Shown: piece after piece, positions 1 through 36,236 of the stretch
Numbering within the stretch: the first letter of the stretch is position 1
Layout of the letters: each line of letters begins with the position of its first letter
Assembly: GCF_006345805.1 (NCBI RefSeq)
Contig: NC_043003.1
Coordinates: 84,878,001-84,942,000, forward strand
Direction: 5' to 3'
Source: Octopus sinensis
Lineage: Eukaryota
DNA length: 64,000 bases
Program-made: the position numbers and the translations under genes
Notes under the pieces: generated by a model
Seen by the model: the letters and a program-made list of their open reading frames with translations, nothing else
What the model was told of the DNA's origin: nothing
The model's database searches: none

Positions 1-909
1 GAGACAATGTCCGTGAAGCACGTAATCGTCTGTTCCACGTAAATTTCCCAAAAGTTAAAACACTGATTTACAATAAGTTATACTTCAGTGTTTTAACAAA
101 GCAACAGGTAACAGTCTTTAAAGTATGTTACAAATATGTATCAATATATAGGGAATTACAACAAATTATTTTATAATATTTACAAAATATCAGAACATAA
201 ATATTTTCGTATTTTAATAATAGTTCGTAATGGACACATGAAGTGTTTCAAATATGAGCAGAGGTCGTGCTATTTTGTCGGAGACAAATTAAATCGATTA
301 CATTACATATGTTTTTATCAGATATTTCTAGATATTCATTTCCATATTGTGTGCTATTTATCATACAAAAGTTATTAATAATCCAACATTAGAGCACCCA
401 GATATAAAGAATGGTTTGATTCATAGCGATCATGTTGTCACTGAATGATACATTATTTCAACTGTTTCATATTCCTCCAAGCCAAGCATAACTATATCTA
501 TTTCTTTTACATTATGAAACTATATACTAAAACTATGTTTGCTAACTGTAATTTATAAACACTTAAGTTTCAATACTCTTTCAAAATGTGCGACGATATC
601 TACAATCTACACGTATATGCGTGCAACTTTCTAATTACTTAAAATTCATAATTTCTAACATTGTGATATTCATTAATATCACATCTCTTGAAAATGATAT
701 CATTGAGGATTTTTATATTTCATGTAATTCATATAATCACAGCATTTCAACGCATACCGAAGGGAACCAAATGACGAGCTGCTTAGGAATCTTATACCTA
801 TTAAACATTCTGTCATGTTTTTACATCAGGAAATTATGAATAAAAAGATGAATATTTCAATTATAAAACTTTTTGAGTGTTAACGTAATTATATATAAGA
901 ATCCCTTAG

Positions 910-939
910 CTGTTGAACTTGCTGAAGGATTGATTGCAG
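910..939 (-). pseudogene. 30-nt micro-exon with dead donor (AAINPSASST)
   Basis: tatttctag|CTGCAATCAATCCTTCAGCAAGTTCAACAG|ctaagg; the donor GT is replaced by CT. Confidence 0.7.
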
Positions 940-1874
940 CTAGAAATATATAAAATACATATTATTATACAAAGAATATCTGATGACAATATCATTTTCC
1001 GTAATAGATATTATGGATACACAACATATCTGTTTTATGTTTCCTCTAATAATAACATCAATAGCTCTCGATAAAATATACCTTTCACAAACTCCATCAG
1101 ATTTTTTCACTCAGAATGTTCCTGGAAATGTCTATATTTCATGTCATTCATATAATCGTAAATACTGCATCATTTTCAGAATCCTTTTTACATCCTACAC
1201 ATTTTCATTTCCTGCTCGGCTTAATTGACTAAACTCTATTATTATTTCTGGCTTTCTCTTCTGTTCATTATACTAACTACATTCGAAACCGAGACATCAT
1301 ATCCATGTCAGAAGCAAATATTTATTAGAGGTAATATTTGTAATGCATGTCATCTTTTGTTCTACATAGTTTTACCAAAGTTCAAACATTCATATACAAT
1401 GCCTCATTTTTCAGTGTTTCACCAAAGCAACAGGTAAAGTAAATTACAGATATGTATCAATATATAGCAACATACATCAATACTTATTGTTTAACATAAT
1501 TTTATAATATTTACAACGTTTCAAAACATAAATATTTTCGTATCTTTATAATAGTTCGTAACGAAAATATGAAGTGCTTCAAATATGGGCAGAGGTCGTG
1601 CAACTTTGTGGGTGATCAATTCAATCTTTTACATTAGGCCAAATTGTTGAGCGTGACTATATTTTTCCGTCTGGCACAGGAGCTAATGCATTGATAAACA
1701 TGCCGGCATTTCAATGCATACCGAAAAGGGACACATGATGGTCAACTCAGCATTTTGGCCACACGTTAAATATTCTGTCAGTTGCTTACCTCAGGAATCT
1801 ATCAATAAAGCGATGAATATTTTAATTGTAAAATTCATTGAAAATTAACTTATTTATATAAGAGCATCACTTAC

Positions 1875-24230
<22,356 letters not shown>

Positions 24231-24271
24231 GATGTTTACTTCAGAAAGTCAACGATCACAATAAAGCGGAG

Positions 24272-24343
24272 ACTAATTTTTTTATTATATATATATGTTC
24301 AGTGTTATCAAAGTGTTGATATAACTAAGATTATTGCTATTGG
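24272..24343 (-). promoter_or_regulatory. Candidate core promoter (CCAAT + TATA-like + TTAGTC Inr-like)
   Basis: CCAAT at 24339-24343 and a TATATATAA tract at ~24284-24296, 55-65 bp upstream of the ATG. Confidence 0.4.
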
Positions 24344-24419
24344 TTACGTAAGTTCTTCTGTACGAAATACTTTCCGGGGGATACAGAATTAGTTATAAAC
24401 AAACAAATAAATAGTGTTT

Positions 24420-24422
<3 letters not shown>

Positions 24423-24456
<34 letters not shown>

Positions 24457-24472
24457 GACTACTACTACTACG

Positions 24473-24550
<78 letters not shown>
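24423..24550. repeat. (TAC)n(TAA)n microsatellite
   Basis: Direct reading; expanded mirror at ~44650-44922. Confidence 0.97.
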
Positions 24551-26630
<2,080 letters not shown>

Positions 26631-26642
26631 TTATTTCATTAG

Positions 26643-28230
26643 GTGATTAATGAATAACTGGAATACAGACTTATGTGGACAATTTTTAGTGAAGGTTAAC
26701 TTTAAAATAGGCATATTTCAGGGAGAGGCTACCGTCATTGTTGTTTGCGATTTGCATAATACCCTTACACAGATACTACGGAAAGTGACATCGGAGTACA
26801 CCTTGAAAAGTGGAGAAAAATTAAATCACCTGTTATATATGGATGATTTAAAGATTTTTGGAAAGAACGAACGTGAAATAAATGGTCTAATTTCAACATT
26901 GCAAATATTCAGTCAGGATATCGAGATGGAATTTGGGATTAAAATGTGTGGTGTGCTTATCATAAAAAAGAGCAAAGTAGTGTCGTCCGATGGTGTAGGA
27001 CTACCCAACGGTGAGAGAATCAAGGACGTTGAAATTGTAGGATATAAGTATCTGGGTATTTTGAAGTATGACAAAATCAAGGAGAATGGGATAGTGAAAT
27101 AAAGGAAAGCTTTAGGCGAGAATATCTAAGAACCAAATTAATTATGGGAAGTAGACTCAATGGAAAGTACAAGATAAGGGTAATGAATACATGGGCTATT
27201 TCCTTAATGCGATACGGTGCAGGTGTTGTTAGGTGGACGAAGAATGAGCTTGAAGAGTGATGACAATGAACAAGGAACTGCACCCAATAAGTGATATCGA
27301 TAGATTTAATGTGCCTAGAAAGAAGGGAGGAAGAGGTCTCATAGGGTGCAAGATCTAGGTTGTCAACGAGAACAGTCTGGGGCGGTGCATCAAACAGCAG
27401 AGTAAATCCTTGCTTGCCGCAGCTAGAAATAGCAACATGATAACTACCAAAAATGTGACGCGCTGAAAATTATTTAAGAAACTAGATGAGGAAGAAAGAA
27501 CAACTGGAAATGAATGTAGAGACATTACCTCAGAGAAATCTAAGATTAAGACAAGACTAACACATGAAGATGGATAAGGAAAAGTGATCTGAAAGGATGA
27601 ACTGAGATATTGATATGCAACACCCAGGAACAAGCTCTGAGAACTAATAACACCAAGTTCCTAATAACTAACAGCAGTTAATCGCCCCCTTGTAGGATGT
27701 GTGGCAGTAAAAATGAAACAATCACACTTTGTGAGTTAAGGTAGCAAACTGGCACAGATTCACTTCAAAAGGCTGCACGATAACTGGCTAAGTTTGTTCA
27801 CTGAAGACTGTGTGAAAAGTATGGCCTAGGAAGAGCACGGAAATGGTACGAACATGAACTGGAGGGTGTCACTGAGAATAATAAGTATAAGATCTTGTGG
27901 AATTTTTAGTTCAATGTGATTCCCCAGCTGATGCTCGGAAACCAGAAATTGTTGTGGTAGATAAAAGGAAAAAGGAAACTAAGATCATAGATATTGCCAT
28001 ACATGAGGATGCACGCGTAGTTGAGAAAGAGTTGAAAAAGGTAGAGAAATACAAATTACTAAAAAAAAGGAGAATACAAAAATGTGAGCAATGAGGAAAG
28101 TAACCGTTATTCCAGTAGTTCGGAGCACTAACAACCAGATTCGAGAAATATGTCGGAGAAATTGGAATTGACATGAGGGTAGAGCAGGCCCAAAACCAAT
28201 TCTATTGGGGACAGCTAGGATTTTGAGATT
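26643..28230 (+). mobile_element. R4/Dong-like LINE, degenerate RT + zinc knuckle + REL endonuclease
   Basis: GIFQG, LNHLLYMDDLK, GYKYLGIL, CRMC..ETITH and RKPEIVVVDK..IIDIAI. Confidence 0.9.
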
Positions 28231-28329
28231 GATGCTTGAGTGTCTTCAATGATAAATTAACAACCAAGTGCCAAGTTTTATAATTTGCCGAAAGAGACCT
28301 TGTGAGGCCTCTGATAACAAGTTGCTGTA

Positions 28330-29230
28330 TACTTTCACATGATCAACCACAGAAAGTAAGACCGTGAGCTCCAAAGAGTATTGTAATAATACCAGGAAAC
28401 CCAAAAATGGCATAAATTCAAAAGATAGTGCTCATGGAAACTGCTCATGTCCTACGCAAAATACTTTCTATGTAATCTCAAGGTTTAAAACAAACATAAT
28501 TTTCGGTTTACAAAAAAAAAAAAAACTTTTTATAGACATTCATTAGTACAACCCCCCCCCCGCCAAATATATGGCACACTAGGCATAACAACAACATGAA
28601 CTTCCAACCCTGTTGTCTCTTGAGGTCTCTGGGTGAGACTTGGAGCCAACTTGTACAAATATAAAGCAAAAGTCAAACATAGAATAATAATAATAATATT
28701 TTCTCAAAAAGAAGTGGAGAAACTGTCAATGTACAAAGATTTCGAAACTGAAGTATTCAATATTTGGAGCATTAAGTCAAAAACAATACCAGTAATAGTT
28801 AGAGCATCTGGTATTATAAAAACATATCAAAAACGTAGACACCATATCTGGACCTTCAACAATGGACGCTATCAAAAGGAATAATACTGTTAGGAACAGC
28901 AAACATCCTACGCAAGACACTATCAAGTCAATAATGCAACCCAAACAAGACAATCCATGAGCACTAGACACTCTCTATAAAGTAAATGCCCAATAAAGCA
29001 AACATGTACTCTTCAAGTCGGATACCAAACAGGACATAACTCGCATTACTCACGAAACACAAAATACAAATACTAATGCAACAAAAGATTCAAGCCAAAC
29101 CCCATAAAAAATCAAATTGATGCAATAATGTGCTGGAAAGAGTCTGTTCTTCCCTAACTCCAACAAAACCAAGAACACCCCAAAATGCATACACTTCAAG
29201 TTGTTGAGCAGGTGATGCAGTAAAAGTTTA
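28330..29230 (+). mobile_element. Two further R4/Dong-like 3' ends
   Basis: LMETAHVLRKILSM and LLGTANILRKTLS termini with 3' UTRs, separated by a (TAA)n tract. Confidence 0.75.
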
Positions 29231-29518
29231 GTTGAAATTATTGAATATCTAAAATTAGTAATAATAATAGTAAATGGTTTTAAATTTTGGCACAAAACCA
29301 GAAATTTTGGGAAGGAGTTAAGTCAATTACATCGATTCCAGAACTTGACTGGTACTTAATTTATTGACCTCGAAAGGAGGAAAAACAAGTTGACCTGAGC
29401 GGAATTTGAATTCTGGATATAAGAAAGGACGAAACACTGCTAAGCCGGTAAGGCGTGCGAACGAATCTACTAGCTCCTAGCCTTACTGCTACTGCTTCTA
29501 TTGCTGCTGCTGCTTCTG

Positions 29519-29562
<44 letters not shown>

Positions 29563-29779
29563 GCACCTCTCTACCGTCATCTTCACAAATCGCTAATGCA
29601 ATTGAGCGATTTAGTGAAGGACGGTTTTGTCATCCTACATACATCTCAGATACACTCAGCATCTAGCGCTTCCATGCCTGAAGAGGTTGTCCCGAACAGG
29701 TTGTCGCGAACCAAACATCATTCTAGATGCAAAATGCTCAGTCTTGGTCTACGCTTGGCCCATGACTGAAGCTCAACCA

Positions 29780-30445
29780 ACGTGACGAGCAACAGAAAGA
29801 CATCTTGCACAAAAGACATGCATACTAGTTTGCCCTCGTTTTCAGCGTCGTAATCTAGATATTTCTACAGGTGCATCAACCTCAGCACAGCCGGCACGTC
29901 ATCAAGAACAGAAACCCGAGACCACCACAGAGTAAGTACTGACGACAGCTAGATTTTATGACTATTGCAACTTGACTCTTCCATAAGAATCGGAAAAGTA
30001 AGTGTTCTAATCTGGTTCGAGTTTTATTGGGACAAGCTACGACTGTCAAACGGAAGTACACCACCGAAGCAATATACGCATTCACTGCTTCAGCTCAGCC
30101 TTCAGATACAGTTTCCTCGCAGCCAATCTCTAAATGAGACTAGCCACCCTACTTGTAGCCGCATCCAAGTTCCTATCCACCTAGAGGTCTGGTCAGGACC
30201 AGACTCTGAGTACCTTCACCGGAACCTCGGCCCAGCAACGGAAATCGCTACTGGTCAACATGAACTTGCGTAATTGCAAACCCACCAACTTGTCCTAGTT
30301 TATGCATACTCCTGTACATAATTGGTATTCTCTGAGGATAGTGTCGATTACTTCTCTATCCGAAGACATACTTGACATCCGAAGACATATCTGACAGTGA
30401 TGTCTTTCGCGTATGTGGACAAGACTCTCCTGTAACCCAAAAATG
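29780..30445 (-). mobile_element. L1/Tx1-like LINE RT fragment
   Basis: TYAKDIT (YADD-like) and LFRFLW...GGLG motifs; mirror at ~39245-39905. Confidence 0.7.
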
Positions 30446-30449
30446 TATT

Positions 30450-30750
30450 AAGGCGCAGGCTGTGTGATAAGAAGCGTGTTTCCCAACTGCATGGTTTCGG
30501 GTTCAGTCCTACTGCGTGGCACCTTGGGCAAGTGTCAACCTCGGGCTGACCAAAGGCTTGTAAGTGGATTTGGTAGACGAAAAGTGTGTTTACGTCCCCG
30601 AAATTTAGCGATTCAGTAAAAGACACCGATAAAATAAGTACTAGATTTACAAAGAATAAGTCCTGGGATTGATTTGTTCGACTGAAGGCGGTGCTCTAGC
30701 ATGGTCGCAGTCAAATGACTGAAACAAGTAAAAGAATAAAAGAATAAATG
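30450..30750 (+). mobile_element. SINE (internally deleted); mirror at ~38935-39235
   Basis: Same family as 21267-21700. Confidence 0.85.
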
Positions 30751-31509
30751 AGTTTAATATAAAATAAAATAAAACAAAAAATAAACAAATAGTCAATTTG
30801 TATTTTATGCTATTAAAAAAAAGACTTTTCAGTGCACGAGTCATGTATCTACTTGTTTATTAGGAAACATGACATTTTAAAATACAGCATTTGATTAAAA
30901 GTGTTAAAACATCCTGGAGATTGGTTTATTAGTAAAATCACAAACGCCCCGCCACCACCACCACCACCACCAACAACAACAACAGCAACGACAACACTAC
31001 AACTACCACCATAACCAGTAGCATCATCACTATCATCATTATTATCGTCAACATCAGCTTCATCATCGGGTCATCGAGGTCATACTGAGACAGGGGTATT
31101 TCTCAGGTTAGCAGATAGACACAGTCGTATAAGGAATTGCCCGAACAAAATTGCAAAACTTTAAGAATTCTGGCGCAAAGCATCTATTAGATCAATGAAA
31201 AAAATAATGCATTAAATTATTCGCGTAAAATTACGTGCACTTTCTTGCCGCTTAATATACCGCGTTTAGTTCACTCTGTAAATGAATTACCTAAAAAAAT
31301 ATCTACCGTAAGTGGACTTTAAAGAACTCAAAGCATTCACAGAAAATATTTCTCAATATTCTTCAACCTTGCTAAAACTAAGAAATTCCATGAAATTAGA
31401 CCTTTCTAAGGATGAATATATTGCTTTTTATTTGCTAACTACTGTGTCAATAATGTTTTCTGTGTTTCTTTTTTTTTTTTTGTATTACTGAATCAATATA
31501 TTTTCCGTC

Positions 31510-31617
31510 AAAGGCGGCGAGCTGGCAGAGTCGTTAGCATGCCGGGCGAAATGCGTAGCCGTATTTCGTCTGCCGTTACGTTCTGAGTTCAAATTCCGCC
31601 GAGGTCGACTTTGCCTG
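31510..31617 (+). mobile_element. SINE 5' part, second family
   Basis: aaggcggcgagctggcagag...gagttcaaattccgccgaggtcgactttgcc. Confidence 0.85.
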
Positions 31618-32008
31618 AAAGGAGTAAAACATATGCTAATTTTTAACGTGGAACGTAGCTGATAGACTTCAATACTGCAAGCATTTCTGAAATATGAATC
31701 ATACTAAGATTAGAATAGCTGTATGAAGGGCGTAAAGACATAAATCCTGAAATCGCTCAGAACTTTCCAGTCCTCCATGTCACAACTACAACTTTGATCT
31801 TTATGAGCCCCAATGCTGTTCACTGTTCACCAATGCATCAAGCTGTTCCCGACAAAAAAGGAGACATAAAATCCCCAATGTTAACCCCGAACGCCCTGAA
31901 TATATGAAACGAAAATCATAATATGCACATTGAGTACTTTTCCAGTTAATGTTTTGGATCTCTTTATGTATCACTATACATAAAAACACGCATATACATA
32001 CTCAAATA

Positions 32009-32430
32009 GGCGCAGGAGTGTCTATGTGGTAAGTAGCTTGTTTACCAACCACATGGTTCCGGGTTTAGTCCCACTGCGTGGCACCTTGGGCAAGTATCTT
32101 CTACTATAGCCTCGGGCCGACCAAAGCCTTGTGAGTGGATTTGGTAGACGGAAACTGAAAGACACTCATCGTATATATGTATATATATATGTGTGTGTCT
32201 GTGTGTTTGTGTGTCTGTGTTTGTCCCCTAGCATTGCTTGACAACCGATGCTGGTGTGTTTGTGTCCCCGTTACTTAGCAGTTCGGCAAAAGAGACCGAT
32301 AGAATAAGTACTGGGCTTACAAAGAATAAGTCCCGGGGTCGATTTGCTCGACTAAAGGCGGTGCTCCAGCATGGCCGCAGTCAAATGACTGAAACAAGTA
32401 AAAGAGTAAAAGAGTAAAGAGTAAAGAGTA
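32009..32430 (+). mobile_element. Full-length SINE; mirror at ~38330-38750
   Basis: ggcgcaggagtg head and (aagagta)n tail. Confidence 0.9.
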
Positions 32431-33761
32431 AATACATATGCATACATATATTCCTACACACATATATATGCATACATACATGAATGTATGTATGTATAAT
32501 ACAATGTTCCACATAAACACTGAACAGTTTGCTTAGCACCAAATATAAACTAAACACGGATATTCGAAACTAAAGGATATCTAAATATATGTTAATATAA
32601 AATGACACTTAAATACAACTGTTCAAATGAATAAATATTTATTGTTGTTTTCCCCATGGTATTTTTGAGCTTAGCAAGTCAAGGAGTGCTTACTTCTCAC
32701 ACCTCACACGTATTTATTCCGTCATTTGCAATAAGTTTCAATTTCGTGTATAGATTTAACATCGATAAACACAGATTGCAATTGCTATTATCGCTTGATT
32801 TTTATTTGTGAGAAGAGAGCCTGGCTTATTGGATTAAATTTTGATAAAGCAATTCAAAATATATGTAGTGATTGAATCGTCTCCTATACCTACTCTAAAA
32901 CCTTGTAATATTGTGTTACTGCTCCTTATATCATACTATGTTATTGTTGGAATTTCTATTGAAAACTAGTTTAGTTTGTTGCAGCATTTAGATGGTTTTT
33001 ATATAATATATCGAGAAGTTTTCGCATTTTCTATCACCTATTTGAAACGTTTCGCCAAACTTTGGGGGGTAACTTTAACAGAGTCCACCCTGTTGTAATC
33101 ATTCAGAACTGGTCTCTGGCATAAAGAGCTCTCTTCCTTTCTTTACACCAGTCTCAGGAGTCTTGAAAACAATCTTGGCAATTGTACTTCTTCAGGAGAC
33201 TAAACCAAAATAAAAGAAAACTTCAGAAAAAGTTTGTGATGGAGCGAGGAAGAGGGGAATTCTGACATTTAGAAACTTTAGAAAATATGAATTTTCTGTT
33301 TAATTCCGAAATGGAATCGGCAGCTTATATTTGCTGCCGATAAATTTGGCGCGAGTACGATGATTTGAAAATGTTTAGGTTAGATATAGTCGAGGCAGTA
33401 GTGGTGCTGCCTCGTGAAAATATCTCTCCCGTCTGGCCTACTTTACTGATGAATCTGTTGGCTTATGGAAGATTAGCTTGATTTAATTTAATCAGGCTGA
33501 TTTACCATTAAAAAATAGATGAAACAATGCATTGTATAAAGTATAACAGGGTAAATGTTTTTTAAAATTTTCTCCTGGTTTACGGAATTAATACTTTTTT
33601 GCGGTTGAAGCCTTGGCTGCTATTTCTAGTGGGTTGAACGGCCTATTATGGCCGTTCCTTAATTTTGCTGTTGAATTTATTAATAGTCTCTGACTATTTC
33701 CTTTTTCCCACTAGACCGCCGGTGGCAAATAATTTCTGAATTTTTTGCTACCCTATATTGA

Positions 33762-33766
<5 letters not shown>

Positions 33767-33836
<70 letters not shown>
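33767..33836. repeat. (TA)n microsatellite at the left edge of the central insert
   Basis: Direct reading. Confidence 0.98.
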
Positions 33837-33839
<3 letters not shown>

Positions 33840-34003
33840 AATAAATCCAAATTTACAGGGAAAAAAAATCAGATTTAGGATTAAATCCAATTTTATAGTA
33901 AAATATTATAAAATATTATTAGAGACAAAACCACTATTTTGCAAAACAAACAAGGAAAGACTTAATCAATACATAAAATTTTAATAAATAGTCAAAAAAA
34001 CCG

Positions 34004-34046
34004 CCACTACAATCGTTTCTTGTCTTGATCGACAATCTTCAGGTGG
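34004..34046 (-). ncRNA. Minimal type I hammerhead ribozyme (Penelope-type)
   Basis: Exact reverse complement of 35432-35474. Confidence 0.8.
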
Positions 34047-34235
34047 ACTTCCAATCTTTCATATTTCTCTAACTCATTCCTCTTTTCTCTCCCTCTCTCT
34101 TTTTAATCCTAGGTGGTAGTTCAGGTACTGCTATGTAATGTTTTGAAGAATAATTGTGAAAATTTGTTTATATTACTCTTATTTGCTTTCCCATGGTTGC
34201 TTCACAGACACATATGAGCAATCTTGATCAGAATA

Positions 34236-34590
34236 TTAAGAAGTCAGCAAAAAGTTCAGTAAAGAATCATCATTTGAAACTGTAGATTCTTTGTTCAAAA
34301 GTGCTTTCATTTCACATTTCACCTGCCAGGATGGTTGTTTTTTGGTCTTTTTGTGTTTTGAATTGCGTTGCTTTTCCGAACTTATTGAAGATGCTTTCTT
34401 TTTGGAGGCCTTCTTTTTCTCAGATTTCATTTCTGACATAATTTCCATCACTAGCTGTTGTTTTTTCAACTTAGAATCTTCCACAGAATTGTCAGTGCTG
34501 TTTGAAGGAGTAGTCCACTTAATAGGTAACCGTTTCTTTCCTTTGTAACTATTTCTGCTATGGCACACTCGACATGTAAGGACCACTTTA
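34236..34590 (-). pseudogene. C18orf21: Inverted 3' partial copy of the C18orf21/RMP24-like frame
   Basis: Translation identical to the + strand copy from KVVLTCRVC to LLNFLLTS*. Confidence 0.8.
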
Positions 34591-34669
34591 CCACGTGTTT
34601 TAAATGAAAATAAATACGGCGGAATTTCTGGTCGACACAGCTGTGTACTGAAATTCAACGACAAATTAC

Positions 34670-35242
34670 AGGTTCAATGCTTTAAAGAACAATTCAAATG
34701 AAGAAAACAAATGTTGGTGCCAGACCTGTGGTACTTATTACTTTCCAAATAACTTAAGAGTAAGACTTTCACCCAAATTAACCCTGAATAAGCATATAAA
34801 GTCGTTGGTGAAACGATACATGCAGGATCCTGATTCACTAAAGACATGTCAACAATCTCTAGCACTTCACTATCTGAATGGAAGAAATAAAGTGGTCCTT
34901 ACATGTCGAGTGTGCCATAGCAGAAATAGTTACAAAGGAAAGAAACGGTTACCTATTAAGTGGACTACTCCTTCAAACAGCACTGACAATTCTGTGGAAG
35001 ATTCTAAGTTGAAAAAACAACAGCTAGTGATGGAAATTATGTCAGAAATGAAATCTGAGAAAAAGAAGGCCTCCAAAAAGAAAGCATCTTCAATAAGTTC
35101 GGAAAAGCAACGCAATTCAAAACACAAAAAGACCAAAAAACAACCATCCTGGCAGGTGAAATGTGAAATGAAAGCACTTTTGAACAAAGAATCTACAGTT
35201 TCAAATGATGATTCTTTACTGAACTTTTTGCTGACTTCTTAA
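34670..35242 (+). pseudogene. C18orf21: C18orf21/RMP24-like (UPF0711; Rpp21-like zinc protein) frame lacking its N-terminus; probable retrocopy
   Basis: Frame open from 34652: CQTC...NNLRVRLSPKLTLNKHIKSLVKR...KVVLTCRVC...MKALL...LNFL. This matches my recollection of human C18orf21 (CPYC..NSRVRLKPK..LLITCKTC..LKMLL..RNFL). There is no ATG before the first CxxC. Confidence 0.8.
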
Positions 35243-35431
35243 TATTCTGATCAAGATTGCTCATATGTGTCTGTGAAGCAACCATGGGAAAGCAAATAAG
35301 AGTAATATAAATAAATTTTCACAATTATTCTTCAAAACATTACATAGCAGTACCTGAACTACCACCTAGGATTAAAAAGAGAGAGGGAGAGAAAAGAGGA
35401 ATGAGTTAGAGAAATATGAAAGATTGGAAGT

Positions 35432-35474
35432 CCACCTGAAGATTGTCGATCAAGACAAGAAACGATTGTAGTGG
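35432..35474 (+). ncRNA. Minimal type I hammerhead ribozyme (Penelope-type)
   Basis: ccac-CTGAAGA-ttgtc/gatcaa/gacaa-GAAA-c/gatt/g-TA-gtgg: intact core, stems I and II, GUA cleavage triplet. Confidence 0.8.
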
Positions 35475-35847
35475 CGGTTTTTTTGACTATTTATTAAAAT
35501 TTTATGTATTGATTAAGTCTTTCCTTGTTTGTTTTGCAAAATAGTGGTTTTGTCTCTAATAATATTTTATATATATATATATATATACATATACAATGTA
35601 TATATATGTATATTATACACATATATACGTACATATGTTTCATTACTGAAAATCCTTCTCTTATTCCTTTAGTAACATAATTTTCTTGCGACACATTGTG
35701 ACGTAGCTAAGCAAGAAACATTAATAAATAAATAAAACCAGTCATATATTAATCCTACGAAAACAAACGGCTTTCTGAATCACGATAACTGATATTAATT
35801 GAAACAGCATGTTAGAACCTATTTCTTATAAGCAAAGACTCAACCAA

Positions 35848-36175
35848 AGCTTAGTGGTTAGAGCAGCGGGCTCACAATCAAGAAGTAGTGAGTTCGAATC
35901 TCGTCTGGGCTGTGAGTTGTGTTCTTGACACTTTTTTTCACGTTTCACCCGTTCACTGAGCTGTAGAAATGAGTTGCGACGTCACAGGTGTCAAGCTGTA
36001 TCGGCCTTTGCCTTTCCCTTGGATAACATCGGTGGCGTGGAGAGGGTAGGCAGGTATGCATGGGCGACTGTTGGTCTTTCATAAACAATCTTGCTTGGAC
36101 TTGTGCCTCGGATGGTGGTGGTGGGAACTTTCTAAGTGCACACCCATGGTCATCTATGACCGAAGGGGATCTTTA
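35848..36175 (+). mobile_element. SINE-like element, third family, followed by (ATCT)n
   Basis: A-box-like tagtggttagagc and B-box gagttcgaatctc; (ATCT)n at ~36179-36225. Confidence 0.7.
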
Positions 36176-36178
36176 TGC

Positions 36179-36236
<58 letters not shown>

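Larger units (their letters stand above)
33907..35571. repeat. Inner 684-bp inverted repeat (33907-34590 / 34888-35571) with 297-bp spacer
   Basis: Mirror coordinates sum to 69478 throughout. I noticed only one mismatch. Confidence 0.97.

Noticed and set aside
34236-34664. 142-aa minus-strand ORF as an independent gene
   Set aside because: It is the inverted partial copy of the RMP24-like frame fused to antisense spacer sequence.
35848-35910. tRNA gene
   Set aside because: A/B boxes are present but I could not build a cloverleaf, and the sequence continues into a SINE-like body.
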